The translations under genes and the position numbers were made by a program. Below the pieces are notes generated by a model. It worked only from the letters and a program-made list of their open reading frames with translations. It made no database searches and was not told the origin of the DNA. A stretch of DNA of 52,425 nt from Acidimicrobiales bacterium (lineage in GTDB: Bacteria; Actinomycetota; Acidimicrobiia; Acidimicrobiales; SHLQ01), in contig JBPCTR010000230.1 of assembly GCA_051011575.1 (NCBI GenBank), positions 1 through 52,425 on the forward strand, read 5' to 3'. The stretch's first letter is position 1. Every line of letters starts with the position of its first letter. Shown piece after piece: positions 27,937 to 37,153 of the stretch.

Positions 27937-27942
27937 GGCGAG

Positions 27943-28407
27943 GTGATTGGCGGAACAAGTGAAACGGCGGACCGCGTCCACGACGCATTGGCGATCCTTC
28001 TCGATCGCGAGGTGAACCTGCTCAAAGGGCTGCGTCACCGCATGGCACTACTGCGACTCGCGCTGCTCGATGGCGACCCTGGCGTCGCTCAGCTTGCGAC
28101 AAAGGACGTCGTTGCGGCCACAGAGTTTCTCGCCGACCTCGCGGAAGAACGAGAGACCACGTTGAGTGGGATGCTCGGTGCAGGACAGCCTCCGATAGAG
28201 ATCGACGACATCGCGATCACGGCTCCGGACACCCACAAAGCCGTTCTTGGCCGACTTGTCGCCGAACGCCGAACAGAGGTCCGCCTCGTCGAGGCGCTGC
28301 GAGACTCGACCAAGTCGATTGCCGAGGAAGGAAAGCGCTCGGTGACCGGTCTGCTCGATCTCCGTGGCGGTCCAGACGGACCGACAATCATCACGGGCGG
28401 CCTGTAG
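27943..28407 (+). CDS. flgN: FlgN-like export chaperone
   Basis: Helical 154 aa protein directly upstream of flgK; pattern LLDRE.NLL..L. Confidence 0.7.
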   Translation: MIGGTSETADRVHDALAILLDREVNLLKGLRHRMALLRLALLDGDPGVAQLATKDVVAATEFLADLAEERETTLSGMLGAGQPPIEIDDIAITAPDTHKAVLGRLVAERRTEVRLVEALRDSTKSIAEEGKRSVTGLLDLRGGPDGPTIITGGL

Positions 28408-28409
28408 CC

Positions 28410-29762
28410 ATGGCTTTCGAAGGCCTGCACATCGCAAGGTCCGGAATTCTCGCGAGCCAAAGGGCGCTCGACGTCACGGGCAACAACATCGCCAACGTCG
28501 GCACCCCCGACTACAGCCGTCAGCGCGTCCAGCAGGTGAGCACCGAACGGGCCGGCGCCTCCATTCTCCTCGGCCCAGGAGCCAACGGCACCGGCGTGAT
28601 GATCACGGGGGTCGAACGAATTCGAGATGTGCTCCTCGATCGTGGTGTCAGGGGCGAGATGGCCAACGCGGCCGGCTCGCAGACCACGGCGACGACCCTC
28701 GAACACATCGAGACGGCGCTGGGGCCGCTCAGAGGAGGCTTGACCGACGACCTCACGGCCTTTTGGAACAGCTGGGAGGAGCTGAGTCTCGACCCGGCAT
28801 CAACTACCGCTCGACAGCTCGTACTCGACGCCGGCGCTCAGATCGGCCGGTCGGTTCGATCGATGTCGACGGCCGTGAACGAAGTCGTGACCGCCACTCG
28901 CGGTGAAGCGGAGCTCGTCCTCGAAGCCCAGAATGGCGTTCTCGCGGACGTCGCTCGGCTCAATGGCGAGATCCGCGCTCATACCGCACTCGGCGAGAAC
29001 CCAAACGCTCTTCTCGATGAACGGGATCGATTGCTCGACCGAATGGCCGAGAACCTCGGTGCCAAGGTTCACACGCTTGAAAGCGGGGAGATCCACGTCT
29101 CGGTCGGCGGGTACGCACTCGTTCGGGGCGACCGAACGACCACACTTGGCATCGCCGGCACACCACCAACTCTTCTCACGGCTGAAGGGCACACACTCAA
29201 CCCAGGAGGGCGTCTTGGCGCGCTTCTCGTCGGCGCCGCTGCGGCTGCAGGACAGGTCCAATCGGATCTCGATGTGCTCGCCATCAGCCTCCGCGACGCC
29301 GTAAACGATCAGCACCGTCTCGGCTTCGACCTCGACGGTGCAGGTGGAGGCGACTTCTTCGGTGGATCCGGAGCGACTGATCTCGATCTCGCTGTCGGTC
29401 TGGACGTGCGAGCGATCGCAGCCTCGGCCGACGGTGCGGCACGAGATGGCAACAACGGAATCGCCCTCGCCGGCGTGCGCTCGCTCGGCGGACCTGGTGG
29501 CACGATCGATGAGACCGCTCGAGCAATCCTGGGACGAGTCGGCGCAGCCGTACAGACGGCGTCGCATCGAGCAGCTCTGGGGTCGACCTCACTCGAAGGC
29601 CTTCGCTCGGCTCGCTCGGCAGTGAATGGCGTGAACCTCGACGAGGAACTCACGATGCTGATGCAGTACCAGCGCTCATATGAAGCGTCGGCCAGGGTGA
29701 TGACATCGGTCGACGAGATGCTGGATGTGTTGATCAATCGAACCGGCCTGGTCGGTCGATGA
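28410..29762 (+). CDS. flgK: Hook-associated protein FlgK
   Basis: VTGNNIANVGTPDYSRQ and GVNLDEE...YQRSYEASARV. Confidence 0.96.
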   Translation: MAFEGLHIARSGILASQRALDVTGNNIANVGTPDYSRQRVQQVSTERAGASILLGPGANGTGVMITGVERIRDVLLDRGVRGEMANAAGSQTTATTLEHIETALGPLRGGLTDDLTAFWNSWEELSLDPASTTARQLVLDAGAQIGRSVRSMSTAVNEVVTATRGEAELVLEAQNGVLADVARLNGEIRAHTALGENPNALLDERDRLLDRMAENLGAKVHTLESGEIHVSVGGYALVRGDRTTTLGIAGTPPTLLTAEGHTLNPGGRLGALLVGAAAAAGQVQSDLDVLAISLRDAVNDQHRLGFDLDGAGGGDFFGGSGATDLDLAVGLDVRAIAASADGAARDGNNGIALAGVRSLGGPGGTIDETARAILGRVGAAVQTASHRAALGSTSLEGLRSARSAVNGVNLDEELTMLMQYQRSYEASARVMTSVDEMLDVLINRTGLVGR

Positions 29763-29779
29763 GGAATCGGTAGGCGGAC

Positions 29780-30664
29780 ATGAGAATTTCGACCCCCCAG
29801 ATGTGGCGCTCATCGATCAACGATGTGTCGCGTGCGCAGGTGGCTTCGGCCGAGGCGGGCAAACGCGTCTCCACCGGTCGGCGGATCGACCGTGCGTCCG
29901 ACGACCCCGTCGGAGCACTCCGAGCCACGCAGCTGCGCACGGATGCGGACGCCATCGACCAGTACCATCGGGCTGCGCAGGACGCGGTCACCGTCATGAA
30001 CGAACAGGACACGGCTCTCCAATCCGTCCTGAACCGGATGATCGAGGTCGAGGGACTCACGATCTCATCGGCAAATGATGTGCAGACCGTCGACGGACGT
30101 GAAGCGATTGCGACCGAACTCGAAGAGTTGCGCGCACAACTCGTCGACATCGCAAACACCGATCATCGCGGTCGCGCACTCTTCGGTGGATTCAATGGCG
30201 CGGCGGTCGATGCGTCGGCGCCGACCGTTGCACTCAGCTCCGATGGTGGCGCTGTCCTCCGGCGCGTGGACGAGAACCATGTCGTTCAGATCAACGTCGA
30301 CGCGGGTGAGGTCTTCGGCTTCTCGTCAGGGCGCAGCCTGTTCGATGTGCTCGACGACATCATCATCGACGTCCGCGCTGCCGACGTTGCGACACTCGGC
30401 ACGACGAGGCTCGACGAGCTCGAGTCTGCTCGGACCAATGTCAGCAATGCGCTGGGCACGATCGGCGCTCGTACGTCGCGGGTTCAGACCACGATCACCC
30501 ACTCGACCGAACGCCGAGACACGAACCGCGCCGCGGCCGCGTCCATTGACGAGGTCGATCTGGCGCAGGCATCGATCGACGTATCCGAGGCCGCGCTGGC
30601 CTACGAAGCCGCGCTGGCGATCACCGCCCAGATAAACCGCACGAGCCTCCTCAACTTCCTCTGA
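29780..30664 (+). CDS. flgL: Hook-associated protein FlgL
   Basis: MRIST, STGRRIDRASDDP, YEAAL...SLLNFL. Confidence 0.95.
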   Translation: MRISTPQMWRSSINDVSRAQVASAEAGKRVSTGRRIDRASDDPVGALRATQLRTDADAIDQYHRAAQDAVTVMNEQDTALQSVLNRMIEVEGLTISSANDVQTVDGREAIATELEELRAQLVDIANTDHRGRALFGGFNGAAVDASAPTVALSSDGGAVLRRVDENHVVQINVDAGEVFGFSSGRSLFDVLDDIIIDVRAADVATLGTTRLDELESARTNVSNALGTIGARTSRVQTTITHSTERRDTNRAAAASIDEVDLAQASIDVSEAALAYEAALAITAQINRTSLLNFL

Positions 30665-30668
30665 TCCG

Positions 30669-31151
30669 ATGGCCATCACCGAAGCAGACAACCCACATGG
30701 CGCGTCCAGTACGATTTCGCCGATGCAGCTTCATACAAGTCGGTTTGGCGATATCGAGATCGACAGCGCGGCCGTGATCTCGATTCCTGATGGGATTCCG
30801 GGGTTTGCGAGCTTCACCGGGTTCCTCCTGGTGGAAGCGGCACCCGATCAACCCTTCTACTGGCTGCAGTCGACCGACGACGGCGATCTGGCGTTTCTGG
30901 CAGCCGTGCCGTGGAACTACTTTCCCGACTACGAGCTATCGCTCGGCGACGACGACGAATCCGCGCTGGACGTCGAAAACCCGGGAGATTTGCTCGTGCT
31001 CAACCTGATTACCGTCGATCACGAAGCAGAAGCTGTTTCGGCCAATCTTCTCGCTCCGGTTGTCGTGAACCAGGCGAATCGGATGGCTCGACAGATCGTG
31101 ATGGACGACGACTTGCCGGTTCGAGCGCCGCTCGGGCCTGTCTCCGCCTAG
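30669..31151 (+). CDS. fliW: Flagellar assembly factor FliW (CsrA antagonist); start may be 30723
   Basis: TSRFG, GIPGF, WLQS, FPDY, ANLLAPVVVN. Confidence 0.93.
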   Translation: MAITEADNPHGASSTISPMQLHTSRFGDIEIDSAAVISIPDGIPGFASFTGFLLVEAAPDQPFYWLQSTDDGDLAFLAAVPWNYFPDYELSLGDDDESALDVENPGDLLVLNLITVDHEAEAVSANLLAPVVVNQANRMARQIVMDDDLPVRAPLGPVSA

Positions 31152-31178
31152 AGAACAGTCGAAATTCCGGCTCCAACA

Positions 31179-31207
31179 CTCAACGTCGGGCACCGATCTG
31201 CCGATCA
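31179..31207 (+). promoter_or_regulatory. Sigma28-like promoter of fliN
   Basis: CTCA-N17-GCCGATCA, 5-8 nt before GTG 31213/ATG 31216. Confidence 0.65.
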
Positions 31208-31212
31208 CAGAG

Positions 31213-31635
31213 GTGATGGCGGATGAATTGACCACCGATGTCGACGAGACCGACGTACACGCAGACGTCGCTCCGGACGCGCAATCGGACGCGCCCGAGA
31301 CACTCGCTCAGGCATTGGGCGAGGACGGTCCCGGAATCGCCGCCGAGATCGAACAGGAACTCCAGCCAAACGCGGCCGGGCCCTCGACCGGACCACTCTC
31401 CGAGCGGCTCGGGGTACTCAATGATCTCGAAGTGACGGTGACCGCTCGCCTATGTGCAGTCACGCAGCCGCTGGGTGAGGTGCTTTCGATGACGCCGGGC
31501 TCGGTGCTGGATCTCGGCCGCAACGTCGGCGATCCGATCGAACTGCTCGCGAACGGCGTGCTCGTCGCCCACGGCGAGGTCGTTGCTGTCGGGTCGAGCC
31601 TGGGCGTACGAATCACGTCGATCCCGAACGCCTGA
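31213..31635 (+). CDS. fliN: Motor switch protein FliN
   Basis: GSVLDL...ELLANGVLVAHGEVV...GVRIT SpoA domain. Confidence 0.93.
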   Translation: MMADELTTDVDETDVHADVAPDAQSDAPETLAQALGEDGPGIAAEIEQELQPNAAGPSTGPLSERLGVLNDLEVTVTARLCAVTQPLGEVLSMTPGSVLDLGRNVGDPIELLANGVLVAHGEVVAVGSSLGVRITSIPNA

Positions 31636-31642
31636 CCGGAGT

Positions 31643-33055
31643 TCACAACGTTCCGGCAACGGGCGTGTCGCCAACGGTCGACTGCAGTCGCCCGAGTTCG
31701 GCCAGCAGCTCCATCGTGATGGCTTCGTATCCGCGCTTGCCGTAAACGTTCTCGACCTCGTGGGGGTCGGCAACGAGGTCGAAGAGCTCCCACTCGACCG
31801 GGTTCGCCGGGCCCCGCGCCCCCGGCTGATCGAGGGGATCGTTGTAGTAGCAGATCAGCTTGTGCGTTGCGGTTCGGACACCGAAGTGTGCGGGTACCGC
31901 ATGGCAGTCGTCGTTGTGCATCCAGTACCGGTAGTACATCGACCTGGGCCAATCGTCTGGTGTTCTGCCCTCGAGCAGCGGCGCGAATGATCGGCCTTGG
32001 ACCGAGTCGGGGATTTCCACGCCGGCGAGGTCGAGGAAGGTGGGGCCGAAATCGACGTTCACGACGATGTCGTCGACGACCGATCCCGGGTCGATGCGGC
32101 GTGGGTACCGGATCAGGAGCGGCATGGCCAGAGACTCTTCGTACATCAGTCGCTTGTCGAACCAACCGTGATCGCCCAGGAAGAAACCTTGGTCGCTCGT
32201 GTAGACGACGATCGTGTCGTTCGCGAGCCCGGTTTCGTCGAGATGGTCGAGAAGCCGTCCGACGTTGTCGTCGATCGACGCGACAACTCGCAGATAATCC
32301 TTGATGTATCGCTGGTACCGCCAGTCGATCTCCTCGTCGAGTGTGAGTCCCGGTGGAACGGTGGCCTTCAGATCGATGACGGGATCCAGGTCGAGCATGC
32401 GCATCTTCACCGCCTGCACGACCTCGGCCCGCCCCTGCAGATCGTCGCGGAACGTATCGGGGTACGGGATCTCGACGTCGTCGTACATCGTGAAGTGTTT
32501 GGTGTCCGGTTCCCACGTGCGATGGGGAGCCTTGTGATGGCAGAACAGGGCGAACGGACGATCGGGGTCACAGCCGTCGAGAAAGTCCACGCAGTCGTCG
32601 GTGATGAGGTCGGTGACGTACCCACCGCGCTCCACGATCCCTTCCTCGCCGTCGATGAACACGGGGTTGTGGTAGTGGCCCTGACCGGGAAGAACCCGCC
32701 AGCGATCGAAGCCACGGGGATCCGCTTCCGGCCCGTGCCCGAGATGCCACTTGCCGAACAACGCCGTCTGCCATCCCTGCGCCTGCAACGCCTTTGGAAA
32801 GGTCCACAGAGAATTGTCCAGAGGTGTGTCAAGCGTGGTCACGCCGTTCACATGGTTGTACGTACCTGTCAGGATGGCGGCCCGGCTCGGTGCGCAGATC
32901 GAGTTCGTACAGAACGCGGCATCGAAGCGCATCCCTTCCGCCGCGATGCGGTCGAGATGGGGGGTCTCGTTGATCCGGCTGCCGTACGCCGACACGGCGT
33001 GGCACGCATGGTCGTCGCTCATGATGAACAGGAGATTCGGACGGGGAGATTCCAT
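31643..33055 (-). CDS. Cys-type (formylglycine) sulfatase
   Basis: PNLLFIMSDD, CAPSRAAILTG (CxPxR), GKWHLG, YTSDQG. Confidence 0.95.
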   Translation of the reverse strand: MESPRPNLLFIMSDDHACHAVSAYGSRINETPHLDRIAAEGMRFDAAFCTNSICAPSRAAILTGTYNHVNGVTTLDTPLDNSLWTFPKALQAQGWQTALFGKWHLGHGPEADPRGFDRWRVLPGQGHYHNPVFIDGEEGIVERGGYVTDLITDDCVDFLDGCDPDRPFALFCHHKAPHRTWEPDTKHFTMYDDVEIPYPDTFRDDLQGRAEVVQAVKMRMLDLDPVIDLKATVPPGLTLDEEIDWRYQRYIKDYLRVVASIDDNVGRLLDHLDETGLANDTIVVYTSDQGFFLGDHGWFDKRLMYEESLAMPLLIRYPRRIDPGSVVDDIVVNVDFGPTFLDLAGVEIPDSVQGRSFAPLLEGRTPDDWPRSMYYRYWMHNDDCHAVPAHFGVRTATHKLICYYNDPLDQPGARGPANPVEWELFDLVADPHEVENVYGKRGYEAITMELLAELGRLQSTVGDTPVAGTL

Positions 33056-33095
33056 GGGCCGTTTTCTAGTGCCTCGTCGTGGCTAGGTTGTCGAC

Positions 33096-34121
33096 GTGCG
33101 TGTGTTCGTGACCCACAACCCCGAGGATCTCGATGCGTACTACGCCCGATCGCTTCCCGACCTGCGGGCGATCGCCGAGGTCACGCTCAACCCGCTCGAC
33201 CGCGACCTTGAATCCGGCGAGCTCGCCGAGGCCGCCGCCCACCACGATGTGATCATCGCCCATCGCTCTACCCCGGCAGACGCCCTCCTGTTCGAGACGC
33301 TTCCCGACCTGCTCGCGCTCCTGCGCTGCGCAATCGATGTGAGCACGATCGACGTCGACGCCGCCTCCCAGCACGGAATTCTCGTCGCCAACGCCGACAA
33401 GAGCTTCATCGCCTCGACCGCCGAGCTGGCGATTGGGCTCCTCCTCGATGTGGCCCGGAACATCTCGGCGAGCGCATGCGACTATCGCGCCGGAGTGGAG
33501 CCGCCGCAGCGTCCCGGCTGGCAGATATCGGGCCTCACGGCCGGCATCATCGGCTACGGATCGATTGGCGCATACTTGGCCGTCACACTTCGGGCCCTCG
33601 GGATGACCGTCCTGGTCAACGATCACGACCCCGACGTGGGTGTCGGCGACGACATCACCCCGGCGTCGCTCGGCGAACTTCTGTCGGCGAGCGACGTCGT
33701 GTTTCCTCTGACGCCCGGAGGCTCCGAGACCGCTGGTCTCATCGGCGTAGACCAGCTGGCCACCATGAAGCCCGGCGCCGCGCTGATCAACGTATCCCGC
33801 GGGGAGGTGCTCGATGAGGGTGCGGTACTCGACGCACTCGATTCTGGACGGCTGTCAGGTCTCGGTATCGACGTGGGACAATCACACGACCAGCGCCCGT
33901 CGGCAGCATTGGCTGCACACCCCCTGGTCGTTGCCACGCCGCACCTGGGTGGCCTGACCGCAGCAAATGCCGACGCCCAGGCCGACAGCTCGGTGAAGCA
34001 GGTGGCCGCCATGATCGCCCACGACGCTCCACCTCGAAGCCTCAACTTCGACGATGCCCATCGTCTCCGGGCCTGGTGGAACCAAGAACAAAGCCCGGAT
34101 GAACAAAGGAACCCCTCATGA
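33096..34121 (+). CDS. D-2-hydroxyacid dehydrogenase family protein
   Basis: GIIGYGSIG, INVSRG, TPHLGG; TAGGTT lies 6 nt before the GTG (leaderless-type). Confidence 0.9.
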   Translation: MRVFVTHNPEDLDAYYARSLPDLRAIAEVTLNPLDRDLESGELAEAAAHHDVIIAHRSTPADALLFETLPDLLALLRCAIDVSTIDVDAASQHGILVANADKSFIASTAELAIGLLLDVARNISASACDYRAGVEPPQRPGWQISGLTAGIIGYGSIGAYLAVTLRALGMTVLVNDHDPDVGVGDDITPASLGELLSASDVVFPLTPGGSETAGLIGVDQLATMKPGAALINVSRGEVLDEGAVLDALDSGRLSGLGIDVGQSHDQRPSAALAAHPLVVATPHLGGLTAANADAQADSSVKQVAAMIAHDAPPRSLNFDDAHRLRAWWNQEQSPDEQRNPS

Positions 34122-34912
34122 TCGACCCGACGGCCGCTCCCCCTCAGAACTATGCGAGGTACCCATCGCTCGTCGACCGCACGGTTTTCGTGACCGGCGG
34201 AGCGGATGGCATCGGAGCCGGGATCGTCGAACAGCTCGTACGTCAGGGAAGCCGTGTCGCCTTCGCCGACATCCAGGCCGACAAGGCCGAAGCGACCATC
34301 GCCCGTTGTGCCGAACACGATCCCAGACACCATCCGCTCTTCGTGGAGGTCGACCTCCACGATATTGACGCCCTCCGAGCAGCCATTGCCGCCACGATCG
34401 ATGAGCTCGGCACCATCACCGTGCTCGTCAACAACGCGGCCAACGACGAGCGGCACACCTGGGACGAAATGTCGCCCGAATACTGGGACGATCGCATCAA
34501 TGTGAACCTGCGCCACTACTTCTTCGCCATCCAGGCGGTCGCTCCCGGGATGATCGCACAGGAGAAGGGCTCGATCGTCAACATCGGCTCGAGTAGCTAC
34601 ATGATGCAAGAGGATTTCTTTCCGGGGTACGCGATCGCGAAATCCGGCGTCGAGGGGATCACCCGCACGATGGCCCGAACATTCGGCCCCCACAACGTGC
34701 GTGTGAACACCGTGCTCCCCGGTTGGGTGGCGACCGAACGCCAACTCACCAAGTGGTGGAGCCCGGAGGGCGAGGAGAGCACGTTGAACGATCAAGCGAT
34801 CAAACGCCGGATCTACCCGGCCGAGTTCGCCCAGATGGTCCTGTTTCTCGCGGCCGACGACGGCGGTGCATGCACCGCTCAACAGTTCATGGTCGACGGT
34901 GGCCGATTCTGA
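34118..34912 (+). CDS. SDR oxidoreductase, similar to D-xylose 1-dehydrogenase (XylB-type)
   Basis: YPSL...TGGADGIG, NNAAND.RH, YAIAK, RVNTVLPGWVATERQ. Confidence 0.88.
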   Translation: MIDPTAAPPQNYARYPSLVDRTVFVTGGADGIGAGIVEQLVRQGSRVAFADIQADKAEATIARCAEHDPRHHPLFVEVDLHDIDALRAAIAATIDELGTITVLVNNAANDERHTWDEMSPEYWDDRINVNLRHYFFAIQAVAPGMIAQEKGSIVNIGSSSYMMQEDFFPGYAIAKSGVEGITRTMARTFGPHNVRVNTVLPGWVATERQLTKWWSPEGEESTLNDQAIKRRIYPAEFAQMVLFLAADDGGACTAQQFMVDGGRF

Positions 34913-34927
34913 CTCGGGCGGGCGCCC

Positions 34928-35233
34928 TTACGCGGCGTCGGTAACCGGACTCTCGATTGCCAACCAGAGAGCGGCGCGGATCTGATCGGCTCGGGCACCG
35001 GTCAGGCGATTCGACACGACGATTCCCTCGACCATGTCGGCCAGAACCGCACCCCAGGGTCGACCCCTCAGCACGATCGACACCGTGTCGCCATTGGGAC
35101 GACGTCGAATCGTCCGCGAGAAACCGGAGAGACGGGGCGGTGATGTGAAGCTCGGCGGATCGAGCCCACGCAGGCGCGAAGCGCGGGACAAATCCCGGGC
35201 AGCCCCCGCAAAACGGATCGATGTCGACTCCAC
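34928..35233 (-). CDS. Hypothetical protein (101 aa)
   Basis: GTG 35233; compact natural-looking sequence (PSFTSPPR...RGRPW.AVLADMVEG). Confidence 0.7.
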   Translation of the reverse strand: MESTSIRFAGAARDLSRASRLRGLDPPSFTSPPRLSGFSRTIRRRPNGDTVSIVLRGRPWGAVLADMVEGIVVSNRLTGARADQIRAALWLAIESPVTDAA

Positions 35234-35336
35234 CTCTTCATCATCGCGCCCGGGTGTGACAGGCAACCCTCCGGGTTGCTTGCGAGTTGCTTCGCAACTC
35301 GACACTCCCGGTCGAGAACCGCGGCCACCACCATGA

Positions 35337-35496
35337 TCGCTCCGCGAGGCTCCGCTCCCCCGGCCCCTACCGATGGCGGGACGCCAGCACCGAAGGAGCG
35401 AGGGACGAGCGACGGCTCGCCGCCTCGGGCGCAGCAGGCGCGAGGTCGAGGAGCGAAGCGACGGATCCGAGCCCTGGAGCGAGGCACGAGCGGGAA
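35337..35496. repeat. Intergenic repeat family B (GAGCGRAGCGAC / GGAGCGAGGNACGAGCG)
   Basis: 35448-35462 and 35476-35496 match 38129-38143 and 38160-38180 with one mismatch each; 35337-35360 matches 362-385. Confidence 0.7.
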
Positions 35497-35533
35497 GCAA
35501 GTAATCTCACGACCCGAAACCGGAGGTGCTGCG

Positions 35534-37153
35534 TTGACCACGAATCCCTACGATGCGCTACCGAAGACTGCGGCGAATCACGTGCCGCTCACACCGCTGT
35601 CATTCCTTCGGCGAACCGTCGATGTGCACCCGCAACGGGAGGCAGTGATCTACGGAGAGCGTCGCTACACCTGGGCCGAGGTGGGCGATCGGACCACTCG
35701 GCTGGCCTCTGCGCTCACCAGTGAGGGTGTCGGGATCGGCGACACGGTGAGCATCATCGCCGCGAACACACCCGAGCTCTTCGAGGCCCATTTCGGCGTT
35801 CCGATGGCAGGAGCGGTGCTCAACGCAATAAACACCCGCCTCGACGTGGACACGATCGCCTACATCCTCGATCATTCCGACGCCAAGGTCCTGATCACCG
35901 ATGCGGCATTCGCCGACCGTGTGGGCTCAGCGCTGAAGCGGCTCGACCGGTCGATCGCCGTGATCGACATCGAAGACGCGGCCGGGCCCGGCGGACAGCG
36001 ACTCGGTGATCGCACCTACGAGGAATTCGTCGCATCGGGCGATGCCGAGTTCGCGTGGCGTATGCCGGCCGACGAATGGCAGGCCCACGCCCTCAACTAC
36101 ACCTCGGGGAGCACCGGCAAGCCAAAAGGTGTGGTCTACCACCACCGCGGCTCCTACCTGATGAGCATGGGAACGGTGGTCGGCTGGGAGCTCACGAGCA
36201 AGCCCACGTACCTGTACACCGTGCCGATGTTCCATTGCAACGGGTGGGGTCATGCGTGGACTATGGCGCTGCTCGCCGGCACCGTCGTGTGCATCCGGGA
36301 CGTCACCGCGCAGGGTGTGTTCGACGCGATCGCCGACCACGGCGTGACCCACTTCGGCGGGGCGCCGGTCGTGCTCGGCATGCTGGTGAACGCCGGCAGC
36401 GACGAACGCCGCCGCTTCGATCACACGGTGAAAGCGATGACCGCGGGCGCTCCCCCACCCGCGGCCATCCTCAAAGCGGTCGAGGCGATCGGCTTCGACG
36501 TGATGCAGGTGTACGGCCTGACCGAGACCTACGGGCACGTGTCGCAATGCGAGTGGCGCGACGAGTGGGAGGAGCTCGACTTCGATGGCCGGGCCGATAA
36601 GAAGGCCTGGCAGGGTGTGACCATGCCGATGAGCGAAGAGCTCGCGGTGTTCGATGTGGAAACCATGACTCCCGTTCCCCGCGACGGCGAGACCCAGGGC
36701 GAGATCTTCATGCGGGGAAACACGGTGATGAAGGGGTACTACAAAGATCAGGCTTCCACCGGCGCCGCCTTCGCCGGTGGGTGGTTCCATTCGGGCGACG
36801 CAGCGGTTTGGCGGGACAACGGCTACATCCAGATCACCGATCGGCTCAAGGACGTCATCATCTCGGGTGGCGAAAACGTGTCGTCGGTCGAGGTCGAGAA
36901 CATCCTCTACAAACATCCCGCCGTGCTCGCGGCAGGCGTGGTGGCGAAGCCCGATGAGAAGTGGGGTGAGGTTCCGATGGCGTTCGTCGAACTCAAGCCG
37001 GACCACGACGCAACCGCCGACGAGGTGATCGCGTTCTGCCGCGAGCACCTCGCCGGCTTCAAGACCCCCAAGGCGGTCGAGTTCGGGGTGCTCCCGAAGA
37101 CCTCCACCGGCAAGATCCAGAAATTCCTTCTTCGCGAAAAGGCACGCTCCTGA
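35534..37153 (+). CDS. Acyl-CoA synthetase / AMP-dependent ligase
   Basis: TTG 35534 after GGAGG; NHVPLTPLSFL, YTSGSTGKPKG, YGLTE, DRLKDVIISGGEN, TGKIQK. Confidence 0.95.
   Translation: MTTNPYDALPKTAANHVPLTPLSFLRRTVDVHPQREAVIYGERRYTWAEVGDRTTRLASALTSEGVGIGDTVSIIAANTPELFEAHFGVPMAGAVLNAINTRLDVDTIAYILDHSDAKVLITDAAFADRVGSALKRLDRSIAVIDIEDAAGPGGQRLGDRTYEEFVASGDAEFAWRMPADEWQAHALNYTSGSTGKPKGVVYHHRGSYLMSMGTVVGWELTSKPTYLYTVPMFHCNGWGHAWTMALLAGTVVCIRDVTAQGVFDAIADHGVTHFGGAPVVLGMLVNAGSDERRRFDHTVKAMTAGAPPPAAILKAVEAIGFDVMQVYGLTETYGHVSQCEWRDEWEELDFDGRADKKAWQGVTMPMSEELAVFDVETMTPVPRDGETQGEIFMRGNTVMKGYYKDQASTGAAFAGGWFHSGDAAVWRDNGYIQITDRLKDVIISGGENVSSVEVENILYKHPAVLAAGVVAKPDEKWGEVPMAFVELKPDHDATADEVIAFCREHLAGFKTPKAVEFGVLPKTSTGKIQKFLLREKARS

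Noticed and set aside
290-31640. Flagellar cluster as a genomic island integrated at tmRNA
   Set aside because: tmRNA is a common integration site, but I found no integrase, no duplicated tmRNA 3' end at the far boundary and no obvious compositional shift.
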